Of a stretch of DNA of 64,000 nt, positions 44,953 to 55,462 are shown piece by piece. The notes beneath the pieces were generated by a model. The model searched no databases and was not told the DNA's origin. It was given only the letters and a program-made list of their open reading frames with translations. The stretch covers positions 110,606-174,605 of the forward strand of contig JBGPQV010000001.1 of NCBI GenBank assembly GCA_041489255.1, read 5' to 3'. How positions within the stretch are numbered: position 1 is the stretch's first letter; the number at the start of each line of letters is the position of its first letter. The stretch is from Thermoplasmata archaeon. GTDB taxonomy: Archaea; Thermoplasmatota; Thermoplasmata; RBG-16-68-12; JAFNFQ01. Made by a program: the position numbers and the translations under genes.

Positions 44953-45140
44953 TAAAAATCCCGTAATCCCAAAGCAAGAATGAAAGAGGGAGGATACCGC
45001 CATAATCGCATGTTCGAACGTGAGTATCCTTCCTCTACACCATTTGCTCCATTCATCTTGAAGCATGACGGAATCGACCGCCGTGAGACAGTAATGATTT
45101 TCACTAGGCCGCGCATTCGCCCCTCGGCGAGGGCACATAG

Positions 45141-46187
45141 ATGGACGCAAGAAGGAAGAGACAGCACCTGAAGCATCCGAGAATCGAAATCGAGGCGGGC
45201 AGGCGCACCGCTGGCGAGCTCCTGGAGGACATGGCGGAGACCGCCTTCCAGGGAAGGAAGATGGGCGAGGCCTTCGCCGTATGGAAACAGATGCTTTCCG
45301 AGAGGAACACGACCGTCTTCATGGGACTGGCGGGCGCGATGGTGCCTGCGGGCATGGGCCGCCTTGTATCGTTCCTAGTTGAGCGGAGAGGCATCGACGT
45401 CCTCGTGACGACGGGCGCCGCCCTCTCGCATGACCTGTACCAGGCACTCGGCCGCCAGCACTTCATGGGCACGCCGCAGGTCGACGATGATGAGTTGCAG
45501 AGGCTCAGGATCGACAGGGTCTACGACACGTACACCGACGAGGACGGCCTCTACGCGGCGGACAAATGGGTCATGCGCACCCTCCCGGAACTCCTCGACG
45601 ACCACACACCATACACCTCAAGAGAGATTGTCGAGGTCATAGGGCGGGAGGTCAACAAGATGAAGCACGGGCGCGGCTCCCTGCTCGCGACGGCCTACAG
45701 GTCGAAGCTCCCAATCTTCGTGCCCGCGTTCGGGGACTCCAGCATCGGATTCGCGCTCATGTTCGCGAACCGAAAACGAAAGAGGAACATCGTCGTGGAC
45801 ATGATGAGAGACGTCGATCAGACCTGCCAGATCACTGAGCGTGCGGGAAAGACCGGGGTCGTCTTGATAGGCGGCGGTGTCCCGAAGAACTACATTCAGC
45901 AGACCGCCGTCGTGGCGGGCTACGAGACGGACAAGGAAATGATGCACAAGTTCGGCGTGTCGATCACGACCGACTCGCCGCAGTGGGGCGGACTGAGCGG
46001 CTGCACGTTCGATGAGTCGAAGAGCTGGGGCAAGTACGACGTGAACGCTGTGTTCGCCACATGCTACGCCGACGCCACCATCGCGCTCCCGATGCTCGTC
46101 AACGGGCTGGCAGAGTGGAAAGGCCTGAAAAACAGGAAGCCGCCGAGATTCGATTGGAGCGGCAAGCGATTGAAACTCACGTACTGA
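45141..46187 (+). CDS. dys: deoxyhypusine synthase
   Basis: GGGVPKNY, SPQWGGLSG and ESKSWGK motifs. 348 aa. Confidence 0.85.
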   Translation: MDARRKRQHLKHPRIEIEAGRRTAGELLEDMAETAFQGRKMGEAFAVWKQMLSERNTTVFMGLAGAMVPAGMGRLVSFLVERRGIDVLVTTGAALSHDLYQALGRQHFMGTPQVDDDELQRLRIDRVYDTYTDEDGLYAADKWVMRTLPELLDDHTPYTSREIVEVIGREVNKMKHGRGSLLATAYRSKLPIFVPAFGDSSIGFALMFANRKRKRNIVVDMMRDVDQTCQITERAGKTGVVLIGGGVPKNYIQQTAVVAGYETDKEMMHKFGVSITTDSPQWGGLSGCTFDESKSWGKYDVNAVFATCYADATIALPMLVNGLAEWKGLKNRKPPRFDWSGKRLKLTY

Positions 46188-46275
46188 CCTCCTGTCGCGA
46201 GGACTGGGCCATCGCGAACCCACGAGCAAAAGTAGATAAATGAACCGTTGATACGAGTGAAATGCCGAGGTCTTG

Positions 46276-46383
46276 ATGAAGCGCAGCTCTAGAGCGTGGA
46301 AGAAAAGAGGAAAGCAGCGCTGGAAGTGGCGCAAGAAGAAGATGCGCCGCCGGAAGCGCGAGCAGAAGATGAGACAGCGCTAG
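46276..46383 (+). CDS. rpl41e: 50S ribosomal protein eL41 (35 aa), absent from the ORF track
   Basis: Translation MKRSSRAWKKRGKQRWKWRKKKMRRRKREQKMRQR matches the archaeal/eukaryotic L41e W(K/R)KK.MRR.KR...KMRQR pattern. TATA-like AGATAAAT at ~46233. Confidence 0.65.
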   Translation: MKRSSRAWKKRGKQRWKWRKKKMRRRKREQKMRQR

Positions 46384-46394
46384 CGTTGCGCCGT

Positions 46395-46568
46395 GGGGAC
46401 GTAGGCTAACCTGGTAGACTGGCGGGCTCCAGTTATGGACGTGAACGGCAACGGGTTTGCTGACTCCGTGATGACTGACTGGAGCTGTGACCCTGATTCC
46501 GTGTCAGGTGGGGTCGCACCCCACCTGGTGGAAACCCGCTGACCTGGGTTCAAATCCCAGCGTCCCCA
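46395..46568 (+). tRNA. tRNA-Trp(CCA) with ~101-nt intron carrying box C/D-like motifs
   Basis: Acceptor GGGGACG/CGTCCCC; anticodon stem GCGGG/CCCGC; loop CTCCAG|intron|A; T-arm CTGGG-TTCAAAT-CCCAG; discriminator A. Intron ~46433-46533 contains GTGATGA (box C-like) and CTGA boxes. The D-stem is imperfect. Confidence 0.65.
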
Positions 46569-46681
46569 CTCAAATTCTCCAATAGCGGGACTCGAATCCA
46601 TTCTTTCCCATTCCGACATCTTGCGTCGATACTTTAAAGACACCGACTCTGATGTGTGTAAAAATAGGGGATGACAGATTT

Positions 46682-49600
46682 ATGTCGAAGGATTCGCACA
46701 TTCGGGCTCGCTTGATGACTGTCGTTGTCGCGTCTGCGATGGTGCTCAGCCTATTGCTCGTCTCGAGCGGTAAGACTGGAGCGCACACGGGAGATTGGAT
46801 TGATTCGGCCTGGACCACGTCCCCGCCGACGATCGATGGGTCCATGGCTGCGGGTGAATGGTCCGACGCCGCTTCAGCTGACCTGGGGGCCATCCCGGGG
46901 AACGCGTTCCTGGCATATCTCCTGGTCAAGAACGACGCGAACTTCCTCTACATAGCCTATGATGCCGTCGGGGATGCCACGGTGGACTCGATGGATGAAG
47001 CGGCCGTGTCTTTCGACACGGGCCATGACGTCACCACAACCGTGGGAGGCGAGAGTGAGTTCTCCTGGGGTCCCGGAGCGAACAACGGGCAGGCACATCT
47101 CGTGTTCGATGGTTCTGGATGGAGCACCGAGGACAGCCCCTTCGACACGGGTCTGCCTAATCACGCGGGACTCGCCAGCGCATTCGGTTACGGGCCGAGT
47201 GACCTCAACGCGCTCGACCATAGAATCTATGAGCTCCAAATTCCGCTTGCACTGCTGGATGCAGTCCCGACTGATGTGATCGGCTTTCTGGGCGCAAGTG
47301 AGCCGTCCCCCGGAGTATGGGACGCGGGCACCGGCTACGATTGCTGGCCTGCCGCCCTGACGGGCCCTCCTTCCTTGGTGGACTACGGCGATCTAAGGAT
47401 AGGCCGGGCGCCCATGGCTGCCGACCTCGACATGAACCCACCGTCGCAGGTCGGACAAGCCCTTCCCTCATCGAGCGCCGACTACACAATCACCGTGGTG
47501 AACCGCGGGACTGCCAATGATATCTTCGAAATGCAGGTGATGTCCGTCTGGGTCACCGACCTGTTCGACTCAGGAGGCGTGAACCCCCTCGTCGATAGCG
47601 ACGGGGACTTGATCCCCGACACGGGGAGCCTCGGCCCTGGGGCGAACGTCCAGATCATCGCGCGGGTGAACACTCCGGCGTCAGGCACATGCGACGATGC
47701 TCTGATCACCGGCACGTCTTCGAACGATCCGTTGACCTCGAACACCGCCGTCGTGAGCACGTGCCTCACGGGAGCTGGCCTGAATCCGCCTCATGCAGAC
47801 TCCGGAATCGACACGGATCTGCCGGCGAATGGTCTCTACGACGAGCTGCAGATCGATGTCGGCGTCATGGTAGGCACAGACGGCTTCTATGACGTCGCAA
47901 TCGACCTCTACGATCCTTCTGACGTCTTCTTCATCACATCCGGCAGCAATTACAACTACCTCTCCACCGGTCCCCAGATCGTGTCGGTCTTCCTGCAGGG
48001 GGCAACGATCTACGATAGCGGCTTCGACGGCCAGTATGTGGCGTACATCTATCTTTACGATGATTTCGGAAACACGCTGGACATCGGGATGTATGTCACG
48101 GCATCCTATATGCACACCGATTTCGACGGACCCGATGCGCTGCTGAACCCGCCGCATTCCGATTTCGGGATGGATACCGATTCCCCGCCGAACAGCCTAT
48201 ACGATGAACTATGGATCAATGTCGGCGTCATGGTGAGCGTCGATGGCTATTACGAGGTCGATGTCGCTCTCTACGATCCTTCTGACATCTTCTACATTAC
48301 ATCCGCCGTCAACTACAGCTACCTCCCCACCGGCCCTCAAAGCGTGTCGGTCATCCTTCAGGGACTGGATATCTACGACAGCGGCTACGACGGGCAGTAC
48401 GTGGCGTACATCTACCTCTATGACGACTTCGGCAATCCCCTGGACAACGGGATATACGTCACCTCGTCCTACGCGCACACAGACTTCGACGGACCGGGTG
48501 GCTTGTTCAATCCGCCGCACAGCGATCACGGCATCGACACCGATGTCCCACCAAATGGGCTGTACGACGAGCTCGTGATAGATGTGGGCGTGACCGTCAC
48601 TGAGGCCGGGACCTACGCGATAAGCGGCCCCCTCTTCGACCAGTTCATGAATTTCATCGCATTCAACAATACGGTCGTTGATCTGGCTATCGGAAACCAA
48701 GTCGTCCCCCTCGCGTTCTCGGGGCTGCAGATCTTCCTATCTGGACTCGATGGCCCCTATACCACGTCATTAGCACTCTCCGACCTCAACGTCACCCTGG
48801 ACTCAAACACCTACACCACGGGCGTATACAGCTGCACCGATTTCGACACGCTGCCCGGCCGGTTCGAGCCGCCACACAACGACCGCGGCCTGGATCTCAC
48901 TGTGCCCGCCGACGGCCTTTACGAGTTCCTTGAACTGGCGATCATAGTGAATGTGTCGGAGGCTGCCTCCTTTGAAATCGATGTAGAACTGTACGACTCG
49001 ACCGGCATGAACTACATCCTCTCGACGAATGTGATCGAGGACCTTGACTTCGGGTTGCAGACTGTGCCGGTCAGGCTGGACGGGCTCACGATACGCAACT
49101 CTGGATTCGACGGACCCTACGAGGCGGACCTATACCTCATCAGCGATTCCATTACAATCGACGTTGACATTTACGTGACTCAGGCATATCTGCATTCAGA
49201 CTTCTCCCCAGAGGGTGCCGCATTCACCCCGCCATACTCCGACTGGACCGTTGACTATGATGTACCTCCAGACGGCAAGGCCGACCTCCTTCTCGTCGAA
49301 GTGAACATCGACGTCATGATTGACGGGCCCTATTCCGTCATGGCCATGCTGGTGGCGTCCGGTTCGATATTCATCGAATTCACTGAGGTGCGACAAACGT
49401 TGACCATCGGAGTATCACCAGTCACAATCCCGTTCGATGGCCACAAGATTGCCGATTCCGGAGCGGATGGTCCGTATATGGTCGAGATGCTGCTCTATGA
49501 TGAGTATCATCGCCTTATCGATATGGATATTTACATAACAACGGCGTACGCGTCGGATCAATTCGAACTCCCTGACTTGACTGCACCCATCTCGACCGTA

Positions 49601-50935
49601 GGGGCTATGTCTTACTGGAAGAACGGGATTCCTTTGCTGGTCCCATATGCAGCCGCCGATTCATCTCCGACGGATGGACTGGAATCGGTGACCTTGTACT
49701 ACCAGTACAGCGCGGATAACTCCTCATGGAGCTCTTGGACAGAGTACTCCTCCGCTTTCACCGGCTCTAACCCGTCCGCAGGAATCATGCCGTTTACATT
49801 CCCCGACGGAGCCGGCTACTATCGGTTCCAGATGATTTCTATCGACGCGGCAGGGAATCAGGAATCGCTCGGAGCACCTGAGGCCGAAGTCGCCTATCTC
49901 CCCTTGGCTGAAGTGCGGTTCCAGCCCGATCCGCTCCCGCTCTCTGCTGGACAGCAGAGGACCCTCACCGTCTCGATACTGAGCACGAACGGTCAACCTG
50001 CCATGCTTGAATCTTCCCAAACGGTGAACCTCGACACATGGTCCCAGTCAGGGGAGTACCGTGCAGTGAGCGGCTCGACTCCGATCACGAGTGTGACCAT
50101 CCAGGCGGGTTCTTCAAGCGCGAGCGTCGACTACTACGACGCTGCAGCCGGCACATGGACGCTCCTCGGGTACACGAGTGGCGGCATTGGCGGCATGGGC
50201 GAAGCGATTGTGATCGCAGGCTCCGTCGCGTCCATTACGGTCGAACCGGGGGCGATTGCCATCGAGGTCACTCAAGCCCAAACCTTCACGGCAATTGCCA
50301 AAGACGCCTACGGGAACAGCGTATCAAGCGCCATCATAACATGGGATGTTGGCAGCAGCCTTGGCACAGTCGACGCCACCGGCAGGTTCACTGCCGGCAC
50401 CTTGGCGCGATCGGGGACAATCACAGCACGGTCCGATAGCATCCAAGGCTCCGCTGATATAATCTTGACACCAGGACCTGCGGCCGGCATCGAGGTCACC
50501 CCGGACAGCGCGACCATCCAGTCCGGAACGGAGGTGACCATCATCGCGGAGGTCGTGGATGCCTACGGGAATGTCATCAACGCCGCATCCGTCACATGGA
50601 CAGTGTCTGGTCCCGGGACTGTCAGCCCGGGCTCTGGCGCCACCACCACGGTCACCGCCAACGGTGCGGGAGCGATTTCCGTCACTGCCACCCTTGGATC
50701 GCTCAGTGCGACTGCAACTTTCACCTCGGTCGACACTGGAGGCGGGCTCTCGAGCATGGCGATAGCCGGCATCGCGGGCAGTCTCATCGGCGGTATCCTT
50801 ATCGGCTTTGCAGTCGGCTGGATCCTCCATAAGAGACGAACCAAGCCGCAACAGCCCGCGCAGATGCAGGTTCCACCGCCTCCCCCAGTGAACTTCCCGC
50901 CCGCCCAACCTCCGCTACCGCCACAAGGAACCTAA
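46682..50935 (+). CDS. 1417-aa cell-surface protein: signal peptide, 5 x ~118-aa tandem repeats, Ig-like (Big) domains, C-terminal TM + Pro-rich tail
   Basis: ATG at 46682 after GGGGA. Repeats begin NPPH(S/A)D.G.DTD.P.N.LYDEL.I.VGV... Big_2-like ITVEPGAIAIEVTQAQTFTA. C-terminus AIAGIAGSLIGGILIGFAVGWIL-HKRRTKPQQP...PPQGT. Confidence 0.8.
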   Translation: MSKDSHIRARLMTVVVASAMVLSLLLVSSGKTGAHTGDWIDSAWTTSPPTIDGSMAAGEWSDAASADLGAIPGNAFLAYLLVKNDANFLYIAYDAVGDATVDSMDEAAVSFDTGHDVTTTVGGESEFSWGPGANNGQAHLVFDGSGWSTEDSPFDTGLPNHAGLASAFGYGPSDLNALDHRIYELQIPLALLDAVPTDVIGFLGASEPSPGVWDAGTGYDCWPAALTGPPSLVDYGDLRIGRAPMAADLDMNPPSQVGQALPSSSADYTITVVNRGTANDIFEMQVMSVWVTDLFDSGGVNPLVDSDGDLIPDTGSLGPGANVQIIARVNTPASGTCDDALITGTSSNDPLTSNTAVVSTCLTGAGLNPPHADSGIDTDLPANGLYDELQIDVGVMVGTDGFYDVAIDLYDPSDVFFITSGSNYNYLSTGPQIVSVFLQGATIYDSGFDGQYVAYIYLYDDFGNTLDIGMYVTASYMHTDFDGPDALLNPPHSDFGMDTDSPPNSLYDELWINVGVMVSVDGYYEVDVALYDPSDIFYITSAVNYSYLPTGPQSVSVILQGLDIYDSGYDGQYVAYIYLYDDFGNPLDNGIYVTSSYAHTDFDGPGGLFNPPHSDHGIDTDVPPNGLYDELVIDVGVTVTEAGTYAISGPLFDQFMNFIAFNNTVVDLAIGNQVVPLAFSGLQIFLSGLDGPYTTSLALSDLNVTLDSNTYTTGVYSCTDFDTLPGRFEPPHNDRGLDLTVPADGLYEFLELAIIVNVSEAASFEIDVELYDSTGMNYILSTNVIEDLDFGLQTVPVRLDGLTIRNSGFDGPYEADLYLISDSITIDVDIYVTQAYLHSDFSPEGAAFTPPYSDWTVDYDVPPDGKADLLLVEVNIDVMIDGPYSVMAMLVASGSIFIEFTEVRQTLTIGVSPVTIPFDGHKIADSGADGPYMVEMLLYDEYHRLIDMDIYITTAYASDQFELPDLTAPISTVGAMSYWKNGIPLLVPYAAADSSPTDGLESVTLYYQYSADNSSWSSWTEYSSAFTGSNPSAGIMPFTFPDGAGYYRFQMISIDAAGNQESLGAPEAEVAYLPLAEVRFQPDPLPLSAGQQRTLTVSILSTNGQPAMLESSQTVNLDTWSQSGEYRAVSGSTPITSVTIQAGSSSASVDYYDAAAGTWTLLGYTSGGIGGMGEAIVIAGSVASITVEPGAIAIEVTQAQTFTAIAKDAYGNSVSSAIITWDVGSSLGTVDATGRFTAGTLARSGTITARSDSIQGSADIILTPGPAAGIEVTPDSATIQSGTEVTIIAEVVDAYGNVINAASVTWTVSGPGTVSPGSGATTTVTANGAGAISVTATLGSLSATATFTSVDTGGGLSSMAIAGIAGSLIGGILIGFAVGWILHKRRTKPQQPAQMQVPPPPPVNFPPAQPPLPPQGT
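47780..49550. repeat. five tandem ~354-bp coding repeats inside the surface-protein gene
   Basis: Protein-level 118-aa periodicity. Reverse-strand shadow ORFs at 47681 and 48209 are mutually similar. Confidence 0.5.
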
Positions 50936-51144
50936 GCCGAAACCCCGACCTTGGTGGGCCTACTGCGCGAATTCTCGCTCCAGCCAGCGGGAGCTTTGCC
51001 GCGTGAGCATCCAGCCCCATCGAGACGATTGTCGGGGGACAGTGCATCCACCTCAGCGTTCTCGGATGAAGGCATGACACCACAAGTTAGATAAGCAACC
51101 GATTTCTACTTTCAATCCGGCGGATACAGGTCAGCCGAGACCAA

Positions 51145-52152
51145 ATGGCCGGACTTAGCCGATTCATCGTAAAGCGGAGCATCCAGGGAATCATTACTGT
51201 ACTCGTTGTCACGACCCTCGTTTTCATTCTATTCGAAGCGATGCCAGGGGACCCAATCGCTCGCTTCCGATTCGACCCGACATGTGCGAGGAACCCCGAG
51301 TGCCTTCCGCGGCTGATCGAGCAGTTCGGGCTGGACGCCCCCATCCAAGTCCGATACCTGAACTTCATGAGGAACATGTTCACACTGCAGTTCGGACTGT
51401 CTTACCAGTACAACCGGCCTGTCAGCGACATTTTGTCCGACGCGTTGCCGAGGACTCTCGGTCTATTCGGCACAGCCACCATCATCACCTATCTCCTGGG
51501 AGTGGTCATCGGCTCGCGCATCGGCTGGAAGCGCGGGGGTGCGGAGGAGGGCGGCTGGATCTTATTCAGCCTATTCTTCTACAACATGCCGTCTTTCTGG
51601 ATAGGGTTGATTTTCATCTGGATATTTGCGTTCAAGTTTGGCTTTTTCCCGTTAGGTGGCTTCCAATCCGCCAATATGGATGAGCTCGTCAACAGGTTCA
51701 CCTTCCTCAAAGGCTCGTTCCTCATAGGCCCCTTCGATTATGTCTGGCATCTGATTCTTCCTCTCACCGTTCTCGTACTCATAAACCTCGCCGGAGTCAT
51801 CCTGCTGATGAGGACTTCCCTGCTGGAAGTGCTCAAAGAGGATTACATCCTGACCGCAAGGGCCAAAGGCCTCCCTGAGCGAATCGTGCGGCGCCGCCAT
51901 GCAAATAGGAATGCCTACCTCCCGATCGTGACATCGTTCGCGATAGCCCTGGCATACTCCGTGGGCGGCGCCATCATACTTGAGCAGATTTTCACATATC
52001 AGGGGTTGGGGTACTTCTTCCTCCAAGCGATACTCACGCAGGACCATTTCCTTGCGGGCGCGACATTGTTCATCCTCTCTCTACTCGTTATTGTCGGCAA
52101 CATATTCGCAGACCTCCTATATGCGTGGCTTGATCCACGGGTGAGGCTCTAG
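51145..52152 (+). CDS. ABC transporter permease, Opp/Dpp/Nik-type (OppB-like)
   Basis: 335 aa, binding-protein-dependent transport inner membrane component topology. Confidence 0.85.
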   Translation: MAGLSRFIVKRSIQGIITVLVVTTLVFILFEAMPGDPIARFRFDPTCARNPECLPRLIEQFGLDAPIQVRYLNFMRNMFTLQFGLSYQYNRPVSDILSDALPRTLGLFGTATIITYLLGVVIGSRIGWKRGGAEEGGWILFSLFFYNMPSFWIGLIFIWIFAFKFGFFPLGGFQSANMDELVNRFTFLKGSFLIGPFDYVWHLILPLTVLVLINLAGVILLMRTSLLEVLKEDYILTARAKGLPERIVRRRHANRNAYLPIVTSFAIALAYSVGGAIILEQIFTYQGLGYFFLQAILTQDHFLAGATLFILSLLVIVGNIFADLLYAWLDPRVRL

Positions 52153-52162
52153 GAGAAATCGC

Positions 52163-54439
52163 ATGGTTGATCCAGAGAAGGCGGAAATAAGCACTCTCAG
52201 AACATTGACCAGAACGATCAAGAAGTCCTGGGCATTGTTCAAGCGCAGCAAGCTCGGCCTCGCAGGAACCGCCGTAATCGCAATCTTCGTGTTCCTTGCG
52301 GTTTTCGCTCAATGGATTTCGCCTTTCACCCCCGAATTCCTTGCCCCCGACTCAGACGTCTTCAAAGAGGTCTCATACACCAAGACGTACAACGCGAGCG
52401 CGCATCTCTACGATCCGGTGATCGGCCCTTCGGCGCCCAAAGATCCCCTCAAACAAGGGGGAAGACTTTGGATCATCATGACACGAGAAGATGGGCGGGT
52501 CTTCATGGATCCCGTCATGAGGAATGCGACTCCATTCAGTGATCCGGGAGCCATGCTTGAGTTCAACATAACGGACTTCGGGCTAAGGACCCCTGTCACC
52601 AACATGCTGTACATTGTGCCCGGCCGCAACAGGCTCGGTCAGACTGAGTTCTATGACGACCTGAGGAAGAATGGCCTGCTCGCATTCGTCGCGAACCAAG
52701 AGCTCATCCTATTCGACCCGTTCCAGAGCCGAATCCTGTACAGGGATGACGTCGGGTTCCAGCCCAAGTGGTTCGTCGAGGATCCGGTGTCTTCCGGGGA
52801 CATGTACGAGTTCCCCCTGCTACTCTATGACGTATTCAGCGGATTCCATACCTGGCGATTCATCGTCGCCGCGAACGATACTCACGTGACCGTCTACCGC
52901 GTGAACTACAGATCGAGCCAAGACTCGCCTCAGCTGAGTGGCGTGGACAAAATAGTCTCCGTCGACTTGCCGGTTACGGCCATGCCCCTCGCGTATTACC
53001 TGCAATTGAATGACCAGCGCTCCGGCATCCTTGTTCCAACCGCCAACAACAAGCTTGCCGTTTTCTCCATAGATGGCACGGTTCGCGTTGACTTGAATCT
53101 GACCCTCGGCGGAGAGCCGTCGAATGTCACCGCTCCAATCGGCTACATCAGGGCTCCGGAAATCTTCATGCTTTATGTGCCGCTTAAGTCCGCCAATAAC
53201 GCAGGGATAGGTTACCTCTTGCCGAGGGACACGAGACTCGGGAATCTAACCTTCGAACATGAGCTCGTGATAGATGACCCCAACGCAACCGTGACCGTCC
53301 AACCCGACCCCGGCAATGCTGACACGCCGCAATTCGTGCTGACGCATTACAGTGCCGGTAACCCTGTGAGCAGCGATCTTCTGCGCGGGTCGCCGAACGG
53401 CATGCTCGACCCCGTCGTGGACGTTCCCCTTTCGAGACCGGTCATTGGCTTCTTCTTCAGCCCAACGACCTCGCAGGTCATGGCGCTCGACACAGACGGC
53501 ACTGTATGGAGCCATCCGACCGTTTCGTTGAGCGTGCTGCGCCAAGGATTGACGAACTTCCTGCGTAACAGCGACCCGAACAGGAAAACGCTGATGTACA
53601 TGGGCAGCTGGGGTGGTGCCAAGTACAGCATACAGATGTCCAGCGAGGAGACACTGGCGCTGGTGTTTGAGCCAGGCACGGGCAGGACGACGATACTCAA
53701 GATCATCGGAACATCCATCGCCCCTCTTCCCCCAGGCAAGTATCCCTCGGGCAACACCTATTGGCTTGGAACAGATGATCAGGGTCATGACATCCTCACA
53801 CAACTGATCTACGGCTCAAGGGTCGCGCTCGAAGTCGGTATCGTGGCGGCGCTCGCTGCCGTCGTGATCGGCACGATCGTAGGCCTTGTCGCCGGATTCT
53901 ACGGAGGGCTGCTGGATACAATCCTGATGAGGTTGACTGACATAGCCCTGGTCCTCCCGTTCCTCCCCATAGTCCTGATACTTGCGGCAATTCTGGGTCC
54001 AAGCATTCTCAACATAATCATCGTGATAGCGGTTCTGGGTTGGCCCGGCATCGCTCGTGTAATCAGAGCGCAGACTCTGTCCCTGAAGGAGAGACCATTC
54101 GTCGATGCGGCCCGCATTTCTGGAGCGTCGAGGAGCAGGACCATGATAATCCACATCGGGCCAAACGTTCTGCCGTTCGCCTTCCTGTACATGACGCTCA
54201 ACGTCGGCGGCGCCATCTTGACCGAAGCCGCTGTCAGCTTCCTTGGCCTAGGCGATCCCAGACCGGGCGCTGTTTCATGGGGCATAATGCTCCGCACGCT
54301 CAGTTCATCGGGGAACACCCTTACCGCATGGTGGTGGCTCCTGCCCCCGGGCCTCTGCATCACGCTCGTGTCGCTCGGATTCTACCTGGTAGGGAGAGCC
54401 ATAGATGACATCGTGAACCCAAGACTGAGGGAGAGGTGA
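52163..54439 (+). CDS. ABC transporter permease, OppC-like, with ~430-aa extracytoplasmic insertion after TM1
   Basis: 758 aa. TM1 LAGTAVIAIFVFLAVFAQWISPF. OppC core resumes at YWLGTDDQGHDILTQLIYGSRVAL (~aa 520). The insertion is beta-rich. Confidence 0.8.
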   Translation: MVDPEKAEISTLRTLTRTIKKSWALFKRSKLGLAGTAVIAIFVFLAVFAQWISPFTPEFLAPDSDVFKEVSYTKTYNASAHLYDPVIGPSAPKDPLKQGGRLWIIMTREDGRVFMDPVMRNATPFSDPGAMLEFNITDFGLRTPVTNMLYIVPGRNRLGQTEFYDDLRKNGLLAFVANQELILFDPFQSRILYRDDVGFQPKWFVEDPVSSGDMYEFPLLLYDVFSGFHTWRFIVAANDTHVTVYRVNYRSSQDSPQLSGVDKIVSVDLPVTAMPLAYYLQLNDQRSGILVPTANNKLAVFSIDGTVRVDLNLTLGGEPSNVTAPIGYIRAPEIFMLYVPLKSANNAGIGYLLPRDTRLGNLTFEHELVIDDPNATVTVQPDPGNADTPQFVLTHYSAGNPVSSDLLRGSPNGMLDPVVDVPLSRPVIGFFFSPTTSQVMALDTDGTVWSHPTVSLSVLRQGLTNFLRNSDPNRKTLMYMGSWGGAKYSIQMSSEETLALVFEPGTGRTTILKIIGTSIAPLPPGKYPSGNTYWLGTDDQGHDILTQLIYGSRVALEVGIVAALAAVVIGTIVGLVAGFYGGLLDTILMRLTDIALVLPFLPIVLILAAILGPSILNIIIVIAVLGWPGIARVIRAQTLSLKERPFVDAARISGASRSRTMIIHIGPNVLPFAFLYMTLNVGGAILTEAAVSFLGLGDPRPGAVSWGIMLRTLSSSGNTLTAWWWLLPPGLCITLVSLGFYLVGRAIDDIVNPRLRER

Positions 54440-54442
54440 GCC

Positions 54443-55462
54443 ATGCCGTTGCTCGAAATCCAAGACCTCGTGGTGCACTACAAAATCAAGACAGGCTGGG
54501 TGCATGCGTGCGACGGAGTCTCCCTACATCTGGACAGAGGCGAGACCCTCGGCCTCGTCGGAGAATCCGCCTGCGGCAAGACCACACTGGCGTACGGAAT
54601 CTCGCAACTGCTGCCCTCCAACGCCTACATCAAGGGCGGAAGGATCGTGTTCAACGGCCAGAACCTCCTTCAGCTGTCGATGAGGAAGGACGGGAGATTG
54701 AGAGAATACGAACCTAAGCTCAACAAGATACGCTGGAAAGAAATCTCCATGATTTTCCAGGGCGCGATGAACGCCCTCAACCCGGTCCACCGCGTCGGTG
54801 ATCAGATAATCGAGGCGATAGTCTTCCATGAGCGCGTCACAAAGCAAGTCGCGAGGATGAGGGTCGAACAGCTCTACGACTTGGTCGGCGTGCCCAAGGA
54901 CCGCATCGACAACTATCCGCACGAGTACAGCGGTGGCATGAAACAGAGGGCGATGATAGCCATGGCCCTCGCATTGAACCCCAAGCTCGTCATCGCGGAC
55001 GAACCGACTACCGCCCTCGACGTCATCACTCAAAGCAAGATACTCGGAAGGATCAAGGACTTACAGAGTCAGCTGGATATGGCGATGATAATCATTACGC
55101 ACGACGTTTCCGTCGTTGCGAAAACCGCGAAGAGAATCGCGGTGATGTACGCCGGCCAGTTATCAGAGATCGGCACCACTAGGCAAGTATTCAAGGAAAC
55201 GGCGCACCCCTACACTTCCGGTCTCCTTGGTAGCTTCCCGAGCGTGAAGGGCGAGGTGCGCAAGCTCACGACGATCAAAGGGAATCCTCCGAGCCTCGTG
55301 GAGCCGCCGACCGGCTGCCGCTTCCACCCCCGTTGCCCATATATGCAGGACATCTGCAAGACCGTGCAGCCTCCTGCGGTGGACATGGGTGACAATCACT
55401 TCTCGCAGTGCCACTTCTCCAAGGAACTCGCAGGAACGCTGTCTCCAGAGGTGTTCGGGTGA
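54443..55462 (+). CDS. ABC transporter ATP-binding protein (OppD-like)
   Basis: Walker [10 protein letters not shown], signature LSGGMKQR, Walker [14 protein letters not shown]-terminal oligopeptide-type extension. Confidence 0.85.
   Translation: MPLLEIQDLVVHYKIKTGWVHACDGVSLHLDRGETLGLVGESACGKTTLAYGISQLLPSNAYIKGGRIVFNGQNLLQLSMRKDGRLREYEPKLNKIRWKEISMIFQGAMNALNPVHRVGDQIIEAIVFHERVTKQVARMRVEQLYDLVGVPKDRIDNYPHEYSGGMKQRAMIAMALALNPKLVIADEPTTALDVITQSKILGRIKDLQSQLDMAMIIITHDVSVVAKTAKRIAVMYAGQLSEIGTTRQVFKETAHPYTSGLLGSFPSVKGEVRKLTTIKGNPPSLVEPPTGCRFHPRCPYMQDICKTVQPPAVDMGDNHFSQCHFSKELAGTLSPEVFG

Larger units (their letters stand above)
40590..44960. mobile_element. degraded integrated-element / genomic islet at tRNA-Arg(TCT)
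   Basis: tRNA triplication with a truncated copy, paralogous cargo genes, lower-GC ORFs, a ~540-nt non-coding stretch and an IS6-like transposase remnant. No integrase seen. Confidence 0.35.
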
